From the NCBI GenBank assembly GCA_965655095.1, contig OZ296659.1, forward strand, positions 70,060,001-70,124,000: a stretch of 64,000 nt of DNA, in the 5' to 3' direction. Origin of the DNA: Haplodiscus bocki (Eukaryota). Under the pieces are notes generated by a model. That model did not search any database and had not been told where the DNA came from. It saw nothing but the letters and a program-made list of their open reading frames with translations. Positions 24,383 through 58,749 of the stretch are shown one piece after another (the first letter of the stretch is position 1; each line of letters starts with the position of its first letter). The translations under genes were made by a program, and so were the position numbers.

Positions 24383-27022
24383 TTACGCTTCAAGAGATGG
24401 CGCTTGCAATTTGTTACTTCGCTCATTATTCTTTTTTGGACTTTTTTCAGATTTGCTGACGCAAATAAGGAACATTGGATAAACTTGATTGTGGTCAAAG
24501 ATTACCACTTGACTTGGTTCGCGATTATCGCCTACACAAGAATCGTACAATTCTTTCCTATTTTTGGGAGGGGGTCTTCTGTACGAGGAGTGCCCAACAC
24601 AGGATTCTCCACACAACACAAGCCCAACCATCAAACATATGTAAGCAATATCTTTGCCTTTCGCTGAAGTGCTGGCCAAATGCAGAGCATACTCGAACTC
24701 GGGGGTAAAGTAACTACCTTGGCCATAAACAGCTCCAAACATATCTCCGGAACGTCGAAAATCAAAGTTATTTCTCGCTATCTTGTCCGCATTTTTAGGA
24801 TGAGTTCCGTGAAACATCAAGGCTTCATTCAGTTTGGACTTGCCAAGTTTTTTCAACATATCTTGGCGTTTGACGCAATACAGTTTCCATAGACTGTGGT
24901 TTTCAATTCTGTAGATATTAAGGAAAGACGCTTTGGGCAGTTGGTAAAGCACGACATTGGCTATGACAGTATAATCTTCAGACATTCCAGGTTCCAGGAC
25001 TTGGTAACTGAATCCACTTTTTGTGATCCAGTTTTGAGGGATCATATTGTACTGGGCTTTTGCCAATTCTGACCTAACTTCATCATCCATTGCTGGTCGT
25101 CTACATAACATTTCAACTCGTCCATCCTTAAATTTAAAGACCATTAGTTTCGAATCAAAACCCTCAATTTTCAGCCCGGAGCGATAGCAGTTTTCCAAAG
25201 AAGTACTCCAATCACTAGCAATGTAAGGAGAACAAGTGTACGTCAAAGTCACTCTGCGTTTACAGTTATCTTTCCAAATATTCTGATTTTGATGTTCAAA
25301 TAGCTTCGATACAATCTGGGGAAAAACCGATGCTTTCGAAACCCAGCAGTCAGCTCCAACATTCGCCGCCGCTTCTTTGCTATACCAAGTCCAAAGATGG
25401 GAATCGTAACAGAGTCGTTGAACACGAACAGCGGGCATAGTCGAAACAATCATTCCCCTGTTGGTGAAGGTAAGTGGCCAGTCCAATTTATCCCACTTCA
25501 ATGTGGTCTGAGTAATATGCGGATCGGCAAACTGAACTTCTAATCCTCGAGCAGTATCAACTGGTAATAGAGACCATCTTGCATCCCCATATTTAATAGC
25601 AACCCACAAGTAATTCCCCTTGTACCCAAACATGGGGCATTTATCGTTTCTACATGGAAAAGTAGGATGATTCGCGCAGATAGTCGGCCACTGTGATACT
25701 AAGGTATTCTTTTTTCCTGTAGTTAGCTTTGGGCGGCGACAAACCCTTCGCACAGTTCCATGAATACTTTCTTGGAAATACGGGTATCCGTCGAAAACAG
25801 AACTTTTGAGAATAGTTAAAGTGTAACCTTTCTTACCACTTACATTAAATTCAATCACTTCAGTCGTATCGTCTTTCATTTTCTTATAAATAGTCTCGAT
25901 GTCAACGGAAGCGATGTTACTTTTAACACCATTCACTTGTGTACCATAAGGCACCCATTCGGCAGGACTTACATTATGAAGCCAATACCAAACCCATCTC
26001 TTATCTTCGCCTTCACTCAAACCACATCGATGCATTTGGGCACTCCGAACAGGCTCGCATACTGACTCCGCGAATATGTAGTTCAGAAAGGTCACATTAC
26101 ATAACACTTTCTCACCACGGATATCAGGCAGTTTCAAGTTTAGGTACTCGCATCGACCAGGGTCACTAAACGCAATTTCAAGTTGATCGTTGGCTTTGTC
26201 ATCCAAACAGAACCATTGGGTTTCGTCGTCAAACTTGTAAATCCAGTTGTACGACCTTTTAACCTTCGGATGCATTAGTTTACACTTGTTTCTCATGCCA
26301 CATTGGCTACCCACATATTTGGCACACACCTGCCAAAATGTGTTTTTCTCAACGTCATGTGGTTTCTCTATTCTGTTTCTTCCTCCTGTAGGAACGGGTG
26401 AGGCTGGTCTTTGCTTCAAAACAGGCACATCCAAAGCTTCGCCCAACTTAAGAGGCGAAAATGCTCGCGATAAATCCGAGAGATCTGTATCGTTTAACAG
26501 CTGGTTCGATAACTGCGATTTGAATCCCGACAAGTTCATGGAACGCAAACGAGCTCCAGAAGAATTGGTCGAATGCAGATACGATGACTGCGTTGAACAA
26601 GATGACATGCTTGACGAAGTGGAACTGTTGAAGTTACTTGAGCTAATTTTCTTGTAACTCGTAGAAGTCGTGGTTGTCTCCTCCAAAAACGTGACCGCAC
26701 TTCGTCTTCCACTAGTTTTCAAAGACTTTTTGAACAACATCAGACTCGAACTCTCCTTCTCCCAAAACTCCTCAGAAGTGAAAGTTTGGCTAGCCATGTG
26801 GAACTGACGCAATAGGTGCATCCAGTTTGGAGTGTAAGGAGTGAGTCCACAAGCCCTGATTAAAGTCACGTCTTTGTTAATAAGCTGGTGGTTCAAACTA
26901 CATCCCGCAACTTTGCATTGTCCACGGAGCACCAATCGCTTGCACATGTGAATGCCAGGACAGTTTTCATTAATGCAACGTCCATGGTTATAATCAATGC
27001 ACAGAGATGGGAACTTGATCAT
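24383..27022 (-). CDS. Intronless CCCH zinc finger / WWE / PARP protein (PARP12/ZAP/TIPARP-like mono-ADP-ribosyltransferase), 879 aa
   Basis: Two N-terminal CCCH-like fingers, a Ser-rich linker, a CCCH finger (CAKYVGSQCGMRNKCKLMH), tandem WWE modules ending RRVCRRP and LCRRP, and a PARP catalytic domain (LMFHGT, NNFDFR, YGQGSYF, LYDSCV...VIFDHNQVYP). Confidence 0.92.
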   Translation of the reverse strand: MIKFPSLCIDYNHGRCINENCPGIHMCKRLVLRGQCKVAGCSLNHQLINKDVTLIRACGLTPYTPNWMHLLRQFHMASQTFTSEEFWEKESSSLMLFKKSLKTSGRRSAVTFLEETTTTSTSYKKISSSNFNSSTSSSMSSCSTQSSYLHSTNSSGARLRSMNLSGFKSQLSNQLLNDTDLSDLSRAFSPLKLGEALDVPVLKQRPASPVPTGGRNRIEKPHDVEKNTFWQVCAKYVGSQCGMRNKCKLMHPKVKRSYNWIYKFDDETQWFCLDDKANDQLEIAFSDPGRCEYLNLKLPDIRGEKVLCNVTFLNYIFAESVCEPVRSAQMHRCGLSEGEDKRWVWYWLHNVSPAEWVPYGTQVNGVKSNIASVDIETIYKKMKDDTTEVIEFNVSGKKGYTLTILKSSVFDGYPYFQESIHGTVRRVCRRPKLTTGKKNTLVSQWPTICANHPTFPCRNDKCPMFGYKGNYLWVAIKYGDARWSLLPVDTARGLEVQFADPHITQTTLKWDKLDWPLTFTNRGMIVSTMPAVRVQRLCYDSHLWTWYSKEAAANVGADCWVSKASVFPQIVSKLFEHQNQNIWKDNCKRRVTLTYTCSPYIASDWSTSLENCYRSGLKIEGFDSKLMVFKFKDGRVEMLCRRPAMDDEVRSELAKAQYNMIPQNWITKSGFSYQVLEPGMSEDYTVIANVVLYQLPKASFLNIYRIENHSLWKLYCVKRQDMLKKLGKSKLNEALMFHGTHPKNADKIARNNFDFRRSGDMFGAVYGQGSYFTPEFEYALHLASTSAKGKDIAYICLMVGLVLCGESCVGHSSYRRPPPKNRKELYDSCVGDNREPSQVVIFDHNQVYPMFLICVSKSEKSPKKNNERSNKLQAPSLEA

Positions 27023-27638
27023 GGTTGTCCTCCGTCAAGTTTCAAGAATCTTCCAAAAATCAAAATAAAACAGCAACAAACAATCCAACACAAACACAAC
27101 TGAAATAGCCAACAAGATTGATTAGGAACAAGAGCATTGAATATTATCCCAATAAACTATCCTCTAACACTTGAAATTTCGACAAGATAAAAGGAGTCGC
27201 CAAATTGGCTCTTCTGAAAACAGGAAAATTTCCGGAAAAAGCCCAAAGTTGATAACTCTGCAAACAGACGCCAAAAAAATCGCTTTCGAAAATCGCCAAA
27301 AAACTAAGAAGAAACTAGAAAAAGTTAATGCTAGTTTGAAAAGAATGCAGCCATCATTGATCGAGCAAAACGTGTAGTAAGGAAAATACCCAGATTGCTT
27401 AAAAAGATAAGTTATGTGATCTCTTTTAGCTGAGTGAGAGCCGAAAACACGTTTAAATCGTCACCAAGCCCAGCTTTCGGATACAACACTACAAGAAGTA
27501 GAGTCATATGCTGGCTCTACCATTCGAGAGCTTTACGCGCCCGGGGTAAAAAAATTAATAATTTCATATCAATTTTTAAAACTATTCAAAATCACAACAG
27601 TGCAAGAAGCAAACCAACGTATGTTCATTCATAAGAAA

Positions 27639-52407
<24,769 letters not shown>

Positions 52408-52893
52408 GTTTTATCTCTGAAACTACAACAATCAGTGACAGCAAGATGAGAGAGTTCTCATGACAAAATTTCACATTTTTCATATCAGTGGCCCAAAAAG
52501 CAGCTGAATAAAATTTACTAAATTTTCGACGTCTATAGCAGTGCAGGAACTAACAAAGCAGATCAGAAGACGGTCCATTTTGAAACTTGAGCTTTTCTTT
52601 TGAAAAAAAAACGTTAGTTTGTAGTTTTGTACACGTAAGAGGACAATTGGACACCTGGGAGAAAAATAGCACGGAAAGCCTTTCTTACTATTACAAATTT
52701 GCGTAAAAATCCACTAACAACACAGGTCTGATTTGAGAGCTCCGTATTCTGTGTTTTTTAACAAGAAGAGCACATTTCAACATTCTTAGGCAATATGAAA
52801 CAATCGTTAGCTCGAAATCTATTAAATGTAAAATCTATAATTTAACAATCATGACCCAAATTGAAACAACTAGAAAAATTGCGTGCTGCCCTC

Positions 52894-54012
52894 TCATGCA
52901 AAGGAGGATACCATTGTATTACTTAGAGAGTCCTGGGGTATAGGTTCGTTATTCGCGGCATTCGCTTCTCTTTCCATTGTTTCCATTTCTTCGTCGCTAA
53001 GAACCGGGACTATGAGATTGTCACGACTCATCAAGCCGTATCTCAAAACATAAATTGTGAATCTTCGACATAATAAAGTGGCTGCCTCGAAATCGTCGAA
53101 AATAGTTCGATGATGGTAGTAAGCATGGGAGAATATTCGGTACACTCGTCTGCACACAGATCCCAGTTTTGCCACCGAAGATTCTTTTATGGTGACTCTG
53201 CTTGGGAAGTACTTGTTGCTGTTCAATAAACCTGCCGCTCCGTCAAGAGTGTGACGGGTGTAGTCAATAGCTGGACATTCTTTGGGTGTTTTATGCGCGG
53301 CGCACAGAAAAATCCACTGTTCTGTGCTTGTCATCTGGCTGCCTAAAACCACACAGAATTATTTCATCTTTGCTATGAGTCATTTTGAGTTGACCTTACT
53401 GTCTCAAGATGGGCAAAAGCACGATGTTTGAAAAATAAACAACTTTTCATATGCTCTAATCTCTATTCAGACTAGCATGTTAAGCATACAAGACTTACTG
53501 GGGGCCACAAGGAAGTACTCCGGTTTGTCCAAGAGATTTTGAAATCACTGAATAAATTCAGGAATGGGAAAAAATTTGTTTTAAAAGCATATTGAATTGA
53601 GTTGTTCTGAATTTATAGGATGCGTGCTCATTTCAAGCGAATCATTTTCAAGAAAACTTTTATTTTTCACTTCACTAATCACATAGAATTTCAACTTACA
53701 TGTTGAGGGGATACACTCTGATTGCAAGTAGACCGCTAAGGTATTCAACTGCATACAAAATTGTCTCAAATGCTCGTACTTCCACACCCCTTCGTCACAA
53801 TTTTCCGGAGGTGATAGTATTTGATCAATTTTTGAGAAATCAGAGCGAATGAGTTGCTGAATATACTGCTGAACAGCGAGCGCAGAATCCATTTGATCAT
53901 AGGCTTCATCGGGCCATGTGAACATTTCCTCCGCTTTGCAACCCATTCGATTTCTCCTGAGAACACGTGCTGCCATTGGTTCTTCAGAAGTCAAAGAATC
54001 GGTTTCCAACAT
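52894..54012 (-). CDS. MOB4: MOB-like protein phocein, 2 exons: complement(join(52894..53342,53700..54012)), about 253 aa
   Basis: RRNRMG.KA...WPDE...[13 protein letters not shown]...[14 protein letters not shown] | [37 protein letters not shown]...KYFPSRV; phase-1 GT-AG intron 53343-53699. An alternative in-frame ATG lies at 54027. Confidence 0.96.
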
Positions 54013-54399
54013 AGTCTGTAAGCACATCTCAGGATATTAATCATGGAAATTTTCAATTCAGATTAGTATGAAAATACATGCAGTGACAAATAGATTTTTT
54101 AATTCAAAGAAACGAGGGTGCGTCCTGCAGCCAGTATTCTTGGGGAGAAAACATTACCAAGCCCAAGATCAGGTATGGGGAGTTAGAAAAACAGGCGTCA
54201 CTAACCTGTAAGCTGCAGAGCCTCCTTACAGTGTCAATTACGGCCAAAAAAAAATCAAAAACATCAGCAAATAAAGGATGTATGCATTCAACTACATCGA
54301 TCATTTAGAAAATGAATGAAAAATCGCGATTGAAGGCTCGCCCCGATAAATCACGATGGCTTTCTCTCCTCAACTACAGCGGAAATTGATGCTTCAATA

Positions 54400-55450
54400 T
54401 TCAGTCGTCGAACTCAGCGGCAACCCCTCATTAAGTATAGAAGTGAGTGAGAGCAAAACTTAATTTCGTCAAGCAGCCCAGCGCATGAGTAGCCTTCCCG
54501 GGCTTTTTCGCTGATCTTCAGTGCAAGCCGAGCTAAGCATGGCGGCAAATGGGCCAGCACCTCCTTAATATGCAGAAAACATCGGACCGAAGGTGCTATT
54601 TTTAACATCCGGTATTTTGTTCATATTTCAACTTTTGCAATGATTCATAAGAATTGTACGCGTTTTTGATATCTTTCGCACAAAACTTTGCGAATGCATT
54701 GAACATTTTGACGTCGGAGTATGTTCTGCTAATCTGGACTCCGACACCGCTTGCCTACACACCTAGGCGAGCTTTACCTTCAGTACATGTTCATTTGTGA
54801 CCGAAGGGATGCCACTTCCAATGACTGGAGTTTTGGCTCTACGTCGATGTTATTGCGAACGCCTTTGATGACTTTACCAATGTAGAGCGTATCTCTCCAT
54901 ACCGCAAGCGGGTATAACCTTCTATCGCAATTTGCGGACATTGGACAACAGAGATAGCTTCTCAACGGGGCAAATTCTAGAATATGTTGTTCGGCTCCCA
55001 ATAGTAACTCAACGTGAGATCGACACAAAATTTGGAATTAGTCAGTTTGAAGAGTTATCGCCTCGGAGGCAAGACAGCGAGCCAGCTGGATGCTCCTGTC
55101 GGAAACTAGTGAAACAGTAATGTTCACTTCGTCCAGTTGGTTTGTTGAGGGCGCTGCTGTTCGCCTTTTGCAATTCCATTTTTCCTTTTTCCAGCTATTG
55201 TACTGTTTGATAATCCTTTGTTTAGGCATCATTGATGTCGTTATGATCTGAATGTCCTGTTTCCAACGTCGACAAGTCCCAGGTCATTGTTCGTGTGATT
55301 CGGCGCCAGGTTATTCAAGCCAACCTTGTTCAATGACAGGGAATGTTTGCTCCGTGAGTCTGAGTTCACCACGGCCAGCGGTGAAAAAGAGGAAGACGAG
55401 AAAGAACTCGACATACTAATGTGGTTTGTCTCACTCAGCTTCCTACACAC
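54400..55450 (-). mobile_element. Decayed CRE-clade non-LTR retrotransposon, C-terminal (restriction-like endonuclease) region
   Basis: The frame-broken series GASSWLAVLP, GYTRLRYGEIR (cf. GG...RHNEIRD), EPKLQSL, RLALKISEKAREGYS and MRGCR follows the order typical of CRE elements. Confidence 0.7.
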
Positions 55451-55981
55451 TTTTGAAAACCCTGCTTGAGCTCAAGTTGGCTTGTCGAAGAAGAGGACTC
55501 AAACAGAACATTCGAAGTGGCGTACATTAGTACAACATTACATCCGCATTCAGTTGACACGGCAATTTTTCTCTCCAAGCTCCACAATAGTTCCATAAAA
55601 TTCAAGGAAACATACTATTGGCTTCTCCAATCGATTCCTCATTGGTAATCATAAAAATAAATAATCGAGCTGTAAGTTAATTTAGTGAAATTTTATGCGA
55701 GATTATCGATTTTTGTTGTCACTTTGAAAATTTCTGAGGCAACACTGAGCGTTTTCAAGTGATTTTTTTTGAATGTCTGCTATAAGCATTTCTTATGGTC
55801 GGTATAAGCTTCTGTTACATCATCATTTAGGTTCTTCCGAGATTTCCTCCATGTTTAATGCTGCGCTCCGGAAAAACATCAGCTTTTGTTAAACACTTTT
55901 GCTGAAGGCATCATCAACATATAGAGAAGATTTTTTTGCTTTTTACGCCAGTTTGCCAAATTTGACGTTCAATCCACTAAT

Positions 55982-57021
55982 AGTCATGATGCTGACATTT
56001 AAACTAAGAAATTTCCAGTGTTGCATCATCAATTAAACTTTGAACTATCATTCTTTCACACCTTTGTTTACATTGATGTTCTTCTAAATTTGAATCTGTT
56101 CGCCTTCACTTGATCAAGTCCGCCCATCAACATCGGGTGTTTTCTAATATCTATTCAATTTATATACACACCATCCATTTTTCTACACAGTATCCAACCA
56201 AGAAGAAACCAAAATAAGCGAATTAATAGATTCATGAGTTGGTGCCCGGGAGTGGTGCCTCCGGGTCGACCCTCACGCATCCGCAAAAACATCCTAGAAT
56301 TGGAGCTATCGCAACTTTTTGAACAGACAGTGTTACCCTCCAGAATATTGTGGAATGCAGGCAGTCATCACGAACTGCTGACGGTCACCTCTTTAACTTC
56401 AAGTCTCAAACAGAATCAGCGAAGAAAATAAAAAACTAACGGGCAGACAATGTAAAAATCAACTTTTTGAGGGACCAACGGGCTGTAGCATAACCCTTAC
56501 ATTTTGGCCAATGGAAATGCTGTCGTTGCAAAAATGAGCGAGAATATCATGAAACACCTGGAAGAAATTGGTTTCTTCAATTAGTTCTTTTTGATGACAC
56601 TCAGCTACACCACGATTCTGTTGAAAGATCTTGGGCTTGCGGAACCCACAGATGGTATGGTAATGTAGCAGCAAGCCACATATTGCTTGTGGGACGTACG
56701 GATAGAAGAATGATTCGGACAACTTTTTTCAACCGGTGGGGAAGTTTTTTCAAAGAGTGGAAGAGTCATGATGCTGACATTTAAACTAAGAAATTTCCAG
56801 TGTTGCATCATCAATTAAACTTTGAACTATCATTCTTTCACACCTTTGTTTACATTGATGTTCTTCTAAATTTGAATCTATTCGCCTTCACTTGATCAAG
56901 TCCGCCCATCAACATCGGGTGTTTTCTAATATCTATTCAATTTATATACACACCATCCATTTTTCTACAAAGTATCCAACCAAGAAGAAACCAAAATAAG
57001 CGAATTAATAGATTCATGAGT
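55982..57021 (+). mobile_element. TRIM-like miniature LTR element: two 258-bp direct repeats around a 524-bp spacer
   Basis: 55982-56239 and 56764-57021 differ at 2 positions by eye. CTAAT flanks both ends (55977-55981 and 57022-57026). The spacer starts TGGTGCCCGGGAGTGG and ends AAAGAGTGGAAG. The duplication is certain; the TRIM interpretation is inferred. Confidence 0.65.
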
Positions 57022-57199
57022 CTAATGTTTCCAACTAAAATGTCTCCCACGAGCGTACCAATCCCATATTGGATCCAGGGTCACAGTGAACCTCAACTAT
57101 TTCGACGACTACGTGTGTGAACACGTCTCGTTCTCTACTGTCCAAGTTTTTCTGGTCATTTTGTGGCACACAGTGACGTTGTATCCGAATGCCGGTCTA

Positions 57200-58260
57200 C
57201 GGCATTCCAAAGGGTGATAAAAACTCTGAAGCGATGTGAGATTTCTTTCTGCGTTTCTGTCGTCCGTATGCCTTTTGGGTCAAATCAATTTCTTTAAGTA
57301 AATCCATGTCGACAGCTGACTAAAATGTGAAAGCGATCGACGCCGTTCCTCTGCGTCTACACCGGATTGTCCATGGCTTCCCTGTGTCACCAGGTAGCTT
57401 TTTTATTGGTATTAGCGTCTCTTTTGTCATGGATGGTCAATTGATAAATAAGAGTTCAGTTAGCGTTACTTGTGGCATATTTATCGTTCGCTGCCGTGGG
57501 TTAAGGATGTTCTTCTTGCAGCAACAGAGTTACTGTTTTCCCCCATTTTCCCGCATGGAGAGAAAACACACAACCTTCTGAGTCCCGTCCAGTTGCCTTG
57601 CTGCACTGGAATATCTCCCAGTGATCACATGCATGTCGAAATATTTCATCACATTGTAGCCACTACGACTTCTCTCGTTTTTGAACACGTTGTTGCAGCA
57701 TGCTTTTTCCACTGCTTTCTCTTCCACCGTTGCACCAGTAATTCCAATGTCTCTCCAGGTACTTACCAATTGAAGCATTATGCTAGTCCCTAGTTCGAGC
57801 AAGGATCATGTCGGCCTTTAGCATTGCGAAATGAAGAGCCTCTCCGATGTGCTGAGTGTTTTCAGCTAATTGTTCACAAAATGCATTGAGGTTGTCGATC
57901 GACCATGGGTTTGTTTTTTATGATCGTAATAGACTTCGATCGCCAATGAACAACTTGGAAGTTGCAATTGAAGCGGGTGATGTCATCAGGGGTGACTCTT
58001 CAGTAGAATGCACTGTTATTGCTGCAAGTGCGTCATTGCCATGTGTTCTCATTGATAAAGCTGAAGCGCGTGTACTACGACTGATTCAGCTGAGGCTACT
58101 GTAGTTTACGCAAACAAAACCATTGTAATGATCGCTACTGCACAAGAACCCGCTGCATTGCACATGAAGAAAGTCGCACCTTTTGCACTATACACCGCCT
58201 ACTTGGAGTTGACCATTATTATTGCCGAAGTGTGTTGGATCTGACATCAGAGTAAGAGAC
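57200..58260 (-). mobile_element. Possible decayed piggyBac-like transposase remnant
   Basis: Weak resemblance only: TSIMLQL...DIGITGATV (cf. FTS..L...GI..TGT.R) and NGVDRF (cf. GGVD). No TIRs or TTAA sites were identified. Confidence 0.35.
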
Positions 58261-58749
58261 AAGGAACATTGTGACGTCATCGAGAATTTTCAAATTTTAA
58301 ATCTTTCATTTTTCACAACTGTACAGGTGGAGTATTGACTATGAAAGGGGAGGATACGCGCTAAAAGGTGGTTTCATGGAAAGGAAGGTTGATTTCGTCA
58401 CTGCGGAGCAATTTACTCTCGAAGTATTAAGAAAATGGGTGAAAAAGTTGGAAAATCGAGGCAATTGATCAGCGTAGTGGGAGGTGTTGAATGAAAGTTT
58501 TTATCTATTCACAAAAGATTTTTTTTAAGTAATCCTTAACGGCCTAAAATTCCAGAAAACCAATTGGATAAAAAAGTTCCAGTTCTCCGCAAAAATTAAA
58601 GGGGAGCTGCGAAGACCGATGAAAACGACAACTGAGAAAATGTTGATCAATTTGTAGAGGTTGTTTTCAAAATGGTTCTGCACTTCGTTCAACGTTGGGA
58701 ATTGGCAAACACAATAGCAAAACTAAACCTAAAGCCCTATGTGCTGAGT

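Noticed and set aside
56050-56150. MGGLDQ reading inside the 258-bp repeat, suggesting it is duplicated piggyBac sequence rather than an LTR
   Set aside because: It is a single short motif with no continuity into the flanks; kept only as the alternative explanation to the TRIM model.
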